Positions 9,841 to 18,267 of a stretch of DNA of 64,000 nt are shown here, in pieces; the first letter of the stretch is position 1; each line of letters starts with the position of its first letter. Below the pieces are notes generated by a model. The model ran no database searches, was not told the DNA's origin, and saw only the letters and a list, made by a program, of their open reading frames with translations. The stretch covers positions 75,919 to 139,918 of the forward strand of contig CALRFG010000001.1 in assembly GCA_943356525.1 (NCBI GenBank). The letters are read 5' to 3'. A program made the position numbers and the translations under genes. The DNA is from Candidatus Nomurabacteria bacterium (lineage in GTDB: Bacteria; Patescibacteriota; Minisyncoccia; Phycocordibacterales; CAIZLB01).

Positions 9841-9937
9841 CAAGGTAAGTCTTTTAGATACGCCTCAACAGGTAAGTGTGCTGTGTGTACATCGCCTAAA
9901 AGCACTGTGAAAACACCCTGAGGGGTGTTTTCGTTTT
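9841..9937 (+). ncRNA. Putative DUF3800-associated structured RNA
   Basis: Lies between a promoter and a terminator; cttttag/ctaaaag stem; repeated AGGTAAGT...CGCCT units. Confidence 0.55.
9909..9937 (+). terminator. Intrinsic terminator
   Basis: gaaaacaccc-tgag-gggtgttttc then gtttt. Confidence 0.8.
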
Positions 9938-9954
9938 ATTGTTTAAGGTTAAAA

Positions 9955-9981
9955 CTTGATATCACAATTTGTGATATCAAG
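9955..9981. repeat. Perfect palindrome, 13-bp arms (right flank of the DUF3800 cassette)
   Basis: cttgatatcacaa-t-ttgtgatatcaag, same core as 9019-9053. Confidence 0.9.
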
Positions 9982-10041
9982 ATTGGATATAAAAAAATTC
10001 CCCAAGGACCGAAGTGGTCCGAGAGGAATGTTGGAACGTTA

Positions 10042-10371
10042 CTACTTGAAGTCTAATTCAAGGTCGAGTCCGCTAAGAATGGCTTTCAATGCAACTATTT
10101 TTTTTGGACCTATGTTGCGATACTGCAGCATTTCACGCTCTGTTTTTAACGCAATCTGGAATACATAAATAATATTTGCATATATACATGCATCAATTGC
10201 TGAGTTTGCAAGTGGGATAGATTGCACCCAACCTTGATGCCTTAAATTTGTATGTATATTTAGTAGCAAATTTTCAGCCTGATGTCTTTTTACATCCTCT
10301 CCAGATTCTCTTTCAATGTTATACATGCTTTTGATTATTTTTCGGAATGTATTATCTAATAAATCGTTCAT
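10042..10371 (-). CDS. Small protein with an RNA polymerase alpha-CTD-like HhH domain
   Basis: ACIYANIIYVFQIALKTEREMLQYRNIGPKKIVALKAIL aligns by eye to alpha-CTD [39 protein letters not shown]. Confidence 0.6.
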   Translation of the reverse strand: MNDLLDNTFRKIIKSMYNIERESGEDVKRHQAENLLLNIHTNLRHQGWVQSIPLANSAIDACIYANIIYVFQIALKTEREMLQYRNIGPKKIVALKAILSGLDLELDFK

Positions 10372-10504
10372 CTCTTTTTGTGTTGTTTTGGTGCTGAGGT
10401 TTTTTGCGACTATCGCTTATCTAACCTTGCAATCAGTATACATCCATGTCATAATAATATATACCGTTCGCCGAAACACGAATAATATTATAATATATAC
10501 ATAT

Positions 10505-11299
10505 ATGACAAATAATCCTTTAAATATAGATCAAATCTGCGACGTTTTAGACATCAAAACCACCACAAAACGCATACTTTTATTACTTATAGAGAAGAAT
10601 AACCTTTCGGTGGCAGATATTTCCTCAGAATTAAAGATACCGAAATCATCAATATATGACTCATTAAATGAGTTAATTGAAAAAAGTATAGTTATCGAAT
10701 ACATGGAAGGACGTTCAAAAACCTTTGGTATTTCTGACTTATCTCAACTTGAGTCGATATATAAGAAGAAAATAGATAGTTTGGAAACCGCTCATAAATC
10801 ATTCATTTCATATATTCAAGAAAATTTACATAAAAAAGATGAAAAAGTGGGATTATCTCGTCCCAGAATAAAGTTTTATTATGGTGTAGAAGGTATGAGA
10901 CAGGCTTTCAGAGATACTTCTTGGGTAGGAGAGCACAAAGAGACATATCTTATGTGGCCTATGGTTGAAATGGTAAATTTGTTAGGTGAAGATTTTCTTA
11001 TACATCATGGAAAATCAAGGTTTAATCATGATGTTTTAATGAAAGCTATACAAAAGCACACTGATAAAGAAAATGTACCGGAATCATTTCGCTGGAAAAA
11101 TCATGACGATGAAGGGAAAATGACTCAAATAAGATATGCACCAAAAAACATGGATTGGTCTATAAGTTATTGGATATATGGAGATCAAGTACTTTTTGCT
11201 GGATCTGGGTATGAAAAATACGCATTTGTTGTTTATAGTCGAGAGTTTGCTCAACTAATGAAGCTTATGTGGCAGCAGGTTTGGAGTGTAAGTGAGTAA
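10505..11299 (+). CDS. TrmB-family transcriptional regulator
   Basis: w[42 protein letters not shown]-terminal PLD-like IYGDQV. Confidence 0.85.
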   Translation: MTNNPLNIDQICDVLDIKTTTKRILLLLIEKNNLSVADISSELKIPKSSIYDSLNELIEKSIVIEYMEGRSKTFGISDLSQLESIYKKKIDSLETAHKSFISYIQENLHKKDEKVGLSRPRIKFYYGVEGMRQAFRDTSWVGEHKETYLMWPMVEMVNLLGEDFLIHHGKSRFNHDVLMKAIQKHTDKENVPESFRWKNHDDEGKMTQIRYAPKNMDWSISYWIYGDQVLFAGSGYEKYAFVVYSREFAQLMKLMWQQVWSVSE

Positions 11300-11358
11300 T
11301 AATTGAAATCTCTATAAACTTCTTGCAAAATCCCCCAAAATATAGTACATTACTGCTC

Positions 11359-11781
11359 ATGCCCACATTAAATCAATTAGTTAAATCAAATCGTTCAAAG
11401 GCAAAAAAGAAAAGTAAAGCTATCGCTCTTACTCGTGGTTTTAACAGTATTTTAAATAAACCAATCTTTTATGATTCACCACAAAAAAGAGGTGTATGTG
11501 TAAAAGTTACAACAAAAACTCCAAAGAAACCTAACTCAGCTGTTCGTAAGATCGCTCGTGTTAGACTAACAAATGGTTTTGAAGTAACAGCGTATATCGG
11601 AGGTGAAGGACATAACTTACAAGAGCACTCTGTAGTATTACTACGTGGTGGTCGTGTGAAAGATGTTGGTATTAGATATACAGTTATCCGCGGTAAACTA
11701 GACTGTGCCGGCGTTGCAAAAAGACGAAAAGGACGTTCTATGTATGGTAACAAGAGACCGAAAGTAGCAGCAGCTAAATAA
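11359..11781 (+). CDS. rpsL: 30S ribosomal protein S12
   Basis: [28 protein letters not shown]. Confidence 0.98.
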   Translation: MPTLNQLVKSNRSKAKKKSKAIALTRGFNSILNKPIFYDSPQKRGVCVKVTTKTPKKPNSAVRKIARVRLTNGFEVTAYIGGEGHNLQEHSVVLLRGGRVKDVGIRYTVIRGKLDCAGVAKRRKGRSMYGNKRPKVAAAK

Positions 11782-11897
11782 TCTTTGAACGAGATCATTT
11801 AAAAAATCCAGTTGGAGTACTCAGTAATGAGGAATAAAAACTTACAACAATTGGTAAATTTATAAAAATAAATTATTAAACAAATTAAAATAAAAAT

Positions 11898-12368
11898 ATG
11901 AGAAGAAAAGTAAAAAATCGAAATGTAGCTGGAGTAGATCCACGTTATGATTCACTAACACTTGGTAAATTTATCAACTACGTTATGTGGGATGGTAAAA
12001 AATCTACAGCAAGAACTGTCGTGTATGACATGCTTGATGTTTTGAAAGAAAAATCAGGAAATGAAAATCCAATAGAAGTTTTTGATACTGCTATAAAAAA
12101 TGTATCACCTCAAGTTGAAGTTAGGTCCCGTAGAGTTGGTGGTGCAAACTATCAGGTTCCTTATGAGATCAGACAAGACAGAAGAACTTTCTTAGCTATG
12201 AACTGGATCATCGGTGCAGCTCGTTCTAAAAAAGGAAAGCCTATGCACTTAAAATTGTCAGACGAGATATTGGCTGCAATGAAAGGTGAAGGTGAGGCTA
12301 TGAAGAAAAGAGAGAATACTCACAAGATGGCTGAGGCTAACAAAGCCTTCGCACACATGGCTTGGTAA
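11898..12368 (+). CDS. rpsG: 30S ribosomal protein S7
   Basis: EVRSRRVGGANYQVP, HKMAEANKAFAH. Confidence 0.98.
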   Translation: MRRKVKNRNVAGVDPRYDSLTLGKFINYVMWDGKKSTARTVVYDMLDVLKEKSGNENPIEVFDTAIKNVSPQVEVRSRRVGGANYQVPYEIRQDRRTFLAMNWIIGAARSKKGKPMHLKLSDEILAAMKGEGEAMKKRENTHKMAEANKAFAHMAW

Positions 12369-12391
12369 GATCGTGTTTTTATAGATAGATG

Positions 12392-12420
12392 AAAGACTCC
12401 AGAGATGGAGTTTTTTGTTT
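12392..12420 (+). terminator. Intrinsic terminator after rpsG
   Basis: aaagactcca-gaga-tggagttttt. Confidence 0.75.
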
Positions 12421-12430
12421 TGGCTTCTTA

Positions 12431-12458
12431 TTGACAACTACTATCTATAGTATATACT
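12431..12458 (+). promoter_or_regulatory. TA promoter with operator-like palindrome
   Basis: TTGACA, 16 bp spacer, TATACT; the spacer contains TACTAT-ct-ATAGTA. Confidence 0.65.
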
Positions 12459-12464
12459 TTGGAT

Positions 12465-12740
12465 ATGAATACAAAAACAATGATGAATATAAAAATAGAT
12501 AAAGATTTAAAATCAAAAGCTGCAAAGTTGGCAGATGATATGGGTTTTAATTTATCATCTGTTATATCAGGCATGCTTAGAAATTTTGTTATTACTAGAG
12601 AGTTAAGTATTACTACAGCACCTCGTATGACACCTTATCTAGAAGGGGTTATCCGTGAGGTTATGAAAGAAAAAAAGAATGAACAATCACCTAAGTTTAA
12701 AAATTCTAAAGATGCTATATCGTGGCTAGACGCTCAATAA
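12465..12740 (+). CDS. RelB/DinJ family antitoxin
   Basis: NIKIDKDLKSKAAKLADDMGFNLSSVI (RHH); lies upstream of the toxin. Confidence 0.88.
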   Translation: MNTKTMMNIKIDKDLKSKAAKLADDMGFNLSSVISGMLRNFVITRELSITTAPRMTPYLEGVIREVMKEKKNEQSPKFKNSKDAISWLDAQ

Positions 12741-12743
12741 TAT

Positions 12744-13004
12744 ATGGAGATAATTTACAGTAAATACTTTGTAAAACAGTATAAAAAATTACCAAAAGAT
12801 GTACAAAATAAGTTTAAAAAAAGACTTGATGTTTTTCAAAATGATAATCAAAACAGTATATTAAATACACATGGACTTAGGGGAGTGTATGCTGGAAAAT
12901 ATAGTTTTAATGTAACAGCAGACTATAGGGTTATATTTGCGTATACGGAGGAAGGGGTAGCTATGCTTATTGATATCGGTACACATTCTAAACTGTATTC
13001 CTAA
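12744..13004 (+). CDS. RelE/YafQ family toxin
   Basis: YSKYFVKQYKKL, HGLRG, DYRVIF, DIGTHSKLY. Confidence 0.9.
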   Translation: MEIIYSKYFVKQYKKLPKDVQNKFKKRLDVFQNDNQNSILNTHGLRGVYAGKYSFNVTADYRVIFAYTEEGVAMLIDIGTHSKLYS

Positions 13005-13028
13005 ATCTTTTCATGCTATAAATTACCC

Positions 13029-13988
13029 ATGAAGATCTCCCAAGACAAACCTTTGGATCCATCATACACCGTAATACTATTTTACAAATACACTCCAATA
13101 AAAGAATTGGACCGTTGTTTGAATTGGCAAAGAGGTATATGTCGAAAATATAATCTTACAGGGAGAGTTCGTTTAGCATCAGAGGGAATCAATGCAACAC
13201 TTGAAGGAAAGAATGAAGATATAGAAAAATATATAAATGAGATAAGAACAGATCTAAAATATCACGATCTTCACGACGTAGAAATAAAAACATCTGTCGG
13301 TACAGGTTTTGCATTTCAAAAACTTTCTGTAAAGATTGTAAGTGAGATAGTAAAGCTTGGTTTAGGTACAGAAGATGTAGATCCAAATCAATTAACAGGA
13401 GTTCATCTAAAACCATCAGAGTTAAGAGAGTGGTATGAAAATAATGATGACTTTGTGGTGATAGATATGAGAAATGATTATGAGTTTAGAGTTGGGCATT
13501 TTAAAAATTCTATCAATCCACCAATAACAAACTTTAGAGAGATTGCAGATGTGTTACCTGATATTGTTGCTGAGAATCCGGGTATAGAAAATAAAAAAGT
13601 TATAACTGTATGTACAGGAGGTGTGCGTTGTGAAAAAGCATCAGGGTATTTATTAAAACAAGGTTTTAAAGATGTGTATCAATTAGATGGAGGTATGCAT
13701 AAATATATGGAGGAGTTTCCAGGGAAAGATTTTCGAGGTGGTTTGTTTACATTTGATAATAGGGTGGTGATGGATTTTACAAAAGATAGAGAGGTGATCG
13801 GGGTGTGTGATATGTGTAATGAAAAGACTGAGAGGTTTGATAATTGTATCAATGATGAATGTCATGTGCATATGATGGTGTGTCAGGGTTGTCGAGATAC
13901 GAATAAGTTTATATGGTGTTCTGATAAATGTCGTGAGACAGGGAGGGTTGGGAAGGTGAGGTTTCGGGATATGGCAGAGCTTTTATAA
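13029..13988 (+). CDS. trhO: tRNA U34 hydroxylase TrhO (UPF0176 rhodanese)
   Basis: LFYKY, EGINATL, IDMRNDYE..GHF, CTGGVRCEK, FTFDNR. Confidence 0.9.
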   Translation: MKISQDKPLDPSYTVILFYKYTPIKELDRCLNWQRGICRKYNLTGRVRLASEGINATLEGKNEDIEKYINEIRTDLKYHDLHDVEIKTSVGTGFAFQKLSVKIVSEIVKLGLGTEDVDPNQLTGVHLKPSELREWYENNDDFVVIDMRNDYEFRVGHFKNSINPPITNFREIADVLPDIVAENPGIENKKVITVCTGGVRCEKASGYLLKQGFKDVYQLDGGMHKYMEEFPGKDFRGGLFTFDNRVVMDFTKDREVIGVCDMCNEKTERFDNCINDECHVHMMVCQGCRDTNKFIWCSDKCRETGRVGKVRFRDMAELL

Positions 13989-14136
13989 GCTTAAAAGACA
14001 CTAAAACCCCCTAGAAATCCCCATCAATCCATGCTATAGTTCATGGACAAGTTTTGATTTTCGCGTAAACATAACAAACTCGCGATTCTCAACCTTTTAT
14101 TAAAAATAAAACAAATATAAACAACACACAAATTTT

Positions 14137-16281
14137 ATGTCACGTGATTATTCATTAGAAAAAACAAGAAACTTCGGTATCATCGCTCACATCGATGCAG
14201 GTAAAACAACAACATCAGAACGTATCCTGTACTACACAGGTATGTCACACAAGATTGGTGAAGTTCACGAAGGTGAAGCTGTAACTGACTGGATGGAGCA
14301 AGAGAAAGAAAGAGGTATTACTATTACAGCCGCTGCTATTACTTGTTTTTGGAACCCTACTTACATGGGAACTGATAAATCACAAATGCATAGATTCAAT
14401 ATCATCGATACACCGGGTCACGTAGACTTTACTGTGGAAGTGGAAAGATCTCTAAAAGTTCTTGATGGTGCCGTTACTGTGTTTGACGGTGTAGCTGGAG
14501 TAGAGCCACAATCAGAAACTGTGTGGAGACAAGCTGATAAATATCACGTGCCTCGTATTTGTTTTATTAACAAACTAGATAGAACTGGTGGATCATTTGA
14601 AAAATCATTTAAATCAATCACAGACAGACTTACAAAAAATGCAGTTCGTATGCAAATCCCTATGGGAGAAGAAGAGAACATGAAAGGTGTTATCGATCTT
14701 TTAAAAATGAAATCATATACATTTGAAGGAGAAATGGGTAGTAAAGTTATCGAAGCTGATATTCCTGCTGAGTATATGGCTGAGGCTACTAAGTTTAGAG
14801 CAGAGCTTGTTGAAGCTGCTGCATCACAAGATGACGACATGATGAACACATATCTTGAAGGAGGAGAGTTCACTATCGAGCAATTAAAATTTGCTATAAG
14901 AAAAGGAACATTAGCAAACAAACTATTTCCAGTATTTACAGGAACAGCTTTAAAAAATAAAGGTGTACAACTTATCCTCGATGCTGTTATAGAATTTTTA
15001 CCTTCACCGCTTGATATTCCACCAGTTAAAGGAACAAACCCAGAGACAGGTGAAGAAATGATAAGAGAGGCGTCTGACACAGCTCCTTTCTCAGCACTTG
15101 CTTTCAAATTACAAACTGATCCATTCGTAGGACAATTAACATTCTTTAGAGTGTATTCAGGTACTATTGAAGCTGGTTCGTATATTTACAACTCAACAAC
15201 TGGAAATAAAGAGAGACTTGGACGTATTGTTAGACTACAAGCAAATAAAAGAGAAGAGATTACAAAAGTATATGCAGGAGAGATTGCTGCAGCTGTAGGT
15301 TTGAAAGAAGCACTTACATCACATACTTTCTGTGATATTGATAACCCAATTATCCTAGAACCTATTGTTTTTGCAGAGCCTGTTGTGTCGCTTTCTATCG
15401 AACCTAAAACAAAAGCTGATCAAGAGAAAATGGGTATGGCGCTTAGAAAACTAGGAAATGAAGATCCAACTTTCCGTGTTACTTCAAATCCAGAAACAGG
15501 ACAAACACTTATTGCTGGTATGGGTGAGCTACACTTAGAGATCATGATTGATCGTATGAAAAGAGAGTTCGGTGTAGAAGCAAATGTTGGAGCACCTCAA
15601 GTTGCATATAGAGAAACTATTACAGCTGAAGTTAAAGATATTGATTACAAATATGCTAAACAATCAGGAGGTAAAGGACAATATGGACATGTTCGTATTA
15701 ACCTTAAGCCATTGGTTGAGGCAGAGCCTGGTACGAAACTTCCAAAAAATGTTCACCGAGAGCCTGGATATGAGTTTATTGATTCTATCAAAGGAGGTGT
15801 TATTCCCGGAGAATTTATCCCTGCTGTACAGAAAGGTGTTAAAGAAGCGATGGATCGCGGTATTGTTGCTGGATTTCCACTTACAGGTGTATCATGTGAA
15901 CTTACTTTTGGATCGTCTCATGATGTTGACTCATCTGAGATCGCCTACAAGATCGCAGCTTCACAAGCATTCCAGGAGGGTGCAAAGAAAGCTAGACCAG
16001 TTATCATGGAACCTATTATGCGTGTAGAGGTTGTTGTTCCTGAGAAGTTCATGGGTGACGTTACAGGATCACTTTCATCAAAGAGAGGTCAAATAGAAGG
16101 AATGGAAGATAGGGGATTAAATAAAGCTATAAAAGCTCTTGTACCACTTTCAGAGATGTTTGGTTACACTACACAGCTAAGATCTATGACAGAAGGTCGT
16201 GGATCAAATACTATGGAGTTTGCTAAATACGAAGCTGTACCGCCAAATGTAGAAAAACAAATAGTTGACGCAAGGAAATAA
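14137..16281 (+). CDS. fusA: Elongation factor G
   Basis: [31 protein letters not shown]. Confidence 0.99.
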   Translation: MSRDYSLEKTRNFGIIAHIDAGKTTTSERILYYTGMSHKIGEVHEGEAVTDWMEQEKERGITITAAAITCFWNPTYMGTDKSQMHRFNIIDTPGHVDFTVEVERSLKVLDGAVTVFDGVAGVEPQSETVWRQADKYHVPRICFINKLDRTGGSFEKSFKSITDRLTKNAVRMQIPMGEEENMKGVIDLLKMKSYTFEGEMGSKVIEADIPAEYMAEATKFRAELVEAAASQDDDMMNTYLEGGEFTIEQLKFAIRKGTLANKLFPVFTGTALKNKGVQLILDAVIEFLPSPLDIPPVKGTNPETGEEMIREASDTAPFSALAFKLQTDPFVGQLTFFRVYSGTIEAGSYIYNSTTGNKERLGRIVRLQANKREEITKVYAGEIAAAVGLKEALTSHTFCDIDNPIILEPIVFAEPVVSLSIEPKTKADQEKMGMALRKLGNEDPTFRVTSNPETGQTLIAGMGELHLEIMIDRMKREFGVEANVGAPQVAYRETITAEVKDIDYKYAKQSGGKGQYGHVRINLKPLVEAEPGTKLPKNVHREPGYEFIDSIKGGVIPGEFIPAVQKGVKEAMDRGIVAGFPLTGVSCELTFGSSHDVDSSEIAYKIAASQAFQEGAKKARPVIMEPIMRVEVVVPEKFMGDVTGSLSSKRGQIEGMEDRGLNKAIKALVPLSEMFGYTTQLRSMTEGRGSNTMEFAKYEAVPPNVEKQIVDARK

Positions 16282-16304
16282 TTAATATACTATAATAAAC
16301 CAAT

Positions 16305-16574
16305 ATGCCAATAACACAATCAGCCAAAAAAGCCCTTAGAGGTGGTGAAAAAAAGAAAGTTTTTAACTTGAGACGTAAGAAAAAAGTTGAAGATGCAGTT
16401 AAATCTGTTAAAAAGCTTGTAAAAGAAGGTAAGGCTAAAGAAGCTAACGCTCTTTTACCACAAGCTTTTTCAGCGCTTGATAAAGCAGCTAAAGGTAACA
16501 CTATCAAAGCCAATACAGCATCAAGAAAGAAATCAAGGTTGAATGCTATGGTTAAGAAGGCGACTTTGAAATAA
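16305..16574 (+). CDS. rpsT: 30S ribosomal protein S20
   Basis: MPITQSAKKALR, LDKAAK..IKANTASRKKSRL. Confidence 0.95.
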   Translation: MPITQSAKKALRGGEKKKVFNLRRKKKVEDAVKSVKKLVKEGKAKEANALLPQAFSALDKAAKGNTIKANTASRKKSRLNAMVKKATLK

Positions 16575-16642
16575 AAAACCTCATAAAAAAAACGCTATAC
16601 GAAAAGTATAGTTCTTTTTTTTATTCAGGTGTATAATCAACA

Positions 16643-17257
16643 TTATCGAGCGAGTTTATTATCATCATCCACCTCAAATTTCCCGGCCGCTTCCATAATA
16701 GAATCCTTTATTTTTAAAGGATGAGGCACTTGGTCAAACAAAAACCTTTGTGCGGTTGCAGCTGTTTGTATTTCTATATCTCCAAAATTTAAATAAGATT
16801 GTACGATACCATGTATATTTACAGATATATCTTGTATTGATTCTAGGTGTAACTCCGACACTTTACGGCGAAACATACCAATTTGTAGTATATCTATAAC
16901 CCTTTCATTTGTAACTATCCATGTATCAAGAGAATACATGGTCAATTTGTAGAATAAAGCAAACCATATAATCATCAAATATATAATCGAACATAAAGTG
17001 AAGACTCCTGATAGGTTATATTGAACTAGTGTTTTTGCACTGAGTATAACAAGTACTAATGGTATAAGACTTGCAAATATTGAACCTATGATAGGACTTA
17101 ATAGTATAAACCAATGACGTCTGGTGAAAACTAGTATATTTTCTTTTTCTTTTTTACCTTCAAAATTAAGATCCGAGTGTGTTAAAAATTCAAACATACT
17201 TCTGCTTTGAGTCTTTATTTCTTCACCTGCTATATTTATAACTTCTTTGGTATTCAT
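16643..17257 (-). CDS. Membrane protein with bacterial PH (bPH_2) domain
   Basis: RRHW, two TM, WIVTNERVID, IQDISV, NFGDIEIQTA. Confidence 0.8.
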   Translation of the reverse strand: MNTKEVINIAGEEIKTQSRSMFEFLTHSDLNFEGKKEKENILVFTRRHWFILLSPIIGSIFASLIPLVLVILSAKTLVQYNLSGVFTLCSIIYLMIIWFALFYKLTMYSLDTWIVTNERVIDILQIGMFRRKVSELHLESIQDISVNIHGIVQSYLNFGDIEIQTAATAQRFLFDQVPHPLKIKDSIMEAAGKFEVDDDNKLAR

Positions 17258-17264
17258 GTTTTTA

Positions 17265-17462
17265 TTATTTAATTGCTATCAAAAGCATTACAGTCATGAT
17301 TGTTAAAAGTACTGATCCAATAATCATAGCAAAAGCTATACGGCGAGGATGTGTTCCTATACCAAAACGTATAAGGTGATATGCAAGCAGAAATATTCCG
17401 GTCCAATAACCAAATAAAAATAGTATAGTTATGATGCTAATAGCTTGAGATAGGGTAGGCAT
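17265..17462 (-). CDS. Small two-TM membrane protein
   Basis: Hydrophobic ORF with TGaTATAAT 7 nt before ATG. Confidence 0.7.
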   Translation of the reverse strand: MPTLSQAISIITILFLFGYWTGIFLLAYHLIRFGIGTHPRRIAFAMIIGSVLLTIMTVMLLIAIK

Positions 17463-17525
17463 ACTTAGTATTATATCATATTAAAGAAATGTTCTTAATA
17501 TATTTATCTAGATTTAGTGCTCTTG

Positions 17526-17627
17526 TGGTGCTCCTGCTAGGAATCGAACTCTACGAGTTCAGTACGGGTTTCCTATTTTCTCAAAGCAAAGCTGCTCGAA
17601 TATATAGGAGAACCCTTTCGATTCCTA
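17526..17627 (-). repeat. tRNA-tailored element A (Arg-GCG)
   Basis: Inverted T-arm copy 17617-17627, 50-nt stem-loop, GTACT-GAACTC-GTA-GAGTTC, 22-bp direct repeat of the tRNA 3' end ending in CCA. Confidence 0.85.
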
Positions 17628-17672
17628 AAAATCCTCCGGATTTTTTTAACTTTCACATGTTGTAATAATTTG

Positions 17673-17744
17673 TGCTCCTGCTAGGAATCGAACCTAGATC
17701 TTGACTTCCGCAAAGTCATGTCCTATCCATTAAACGACGGGAGC
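17673..17744 (-). tRNA. tRNA-Arg(GCG)
   Basis: gctcccg..tgact-ttGCGga-agtca..ggttcgattcc..caggagc-a. Confidence 0.93.
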
Positions 17745-17770
17745 GTATAGACAATATACCTCAAATCGTC

Positions 17771-18253
17771 TTAAAAACCAAGATATTCTAAAGCTTTTTG
17801 AAATATAGATTCTTGCATTCTTTGTTCGGGTAGTATCTTAACAAGTTCCTCGTGTATGTCGTGTATTTCATCATTTGTAGTGTTTAATGGTAATGAAATA
17901 ACCAATAAAGAGTCTATTAAGCCATTAGTTGAAAATAATATTCTAGAATGTATATGATGCTCACGATTATCTTCTATCCAAAAAGACCTCATATCTGTAA
18001 ATGACCAAAACTCCTGATTTACACGTACTCCTTTTGTATTTATTTCAAAACGAGTTAAACTAGGCTCTTTGAAGGCATGTAATAAAAGAACACTTGTGGA
18101 AATCAAAACTAGCATACCAAAAGTTATATTTGAAAACATAAAAGATATCAAAGCTATAGTTATAGATATTATGGTCACTGACCATTTCCAATCTTTATCT
18201 TTTGGAAAATACAAATGACTGTATTCTTCCCATACCATTGGTAGTTTACTCAT
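17771..18253 (-). CDS. Hypothetical two-TM membrane protein
   Basis: WEEY..KDKDW, 2 TM, then a PH-like soluble region. Confidence 0.75.
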   Translation of the reverse strand: MSKLPMVWEEYSHLYFPKDKDWKWSVTIISITIALISFMFSNITFGMLVLISTSVLLLHAFKEPSLTRFEINTKGVRVNQEFWSFTDMRSFWIEDNREHHIHSRILFSTNGLIDSLLVISLPLNTTNDEIHDIHEELVKILPEQRMQESIFQKALEYLGF

Positions 18254-18267
18254 GATATTATTATACT

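Noticed and set aside
9956-10168. 70-aa ORF starting MISQFVISR
   Set aside because: It starts inside the palindrome, overlaps the opposite gene, and has no further ORF6N-like sequence.
14045-14095. fusA leader hairpin (TCGCG/CGCGA) as a regulatory RNA
   Set aside because: The stem is too short to support without comparative data.
14544-15107. 187-aa antisense ORF (likewise 63025-63534, 42302-42763, 11469-11798 and other short shadow ORFs)
   Set aside because: They lie opposite or within well-supported genes and show no motifs.
17526-17693. Prophage or genomic island attL/attR
   Set aside because: The repeats start only 144 bp apart with no integrase or cargo; treated as part of the element family.
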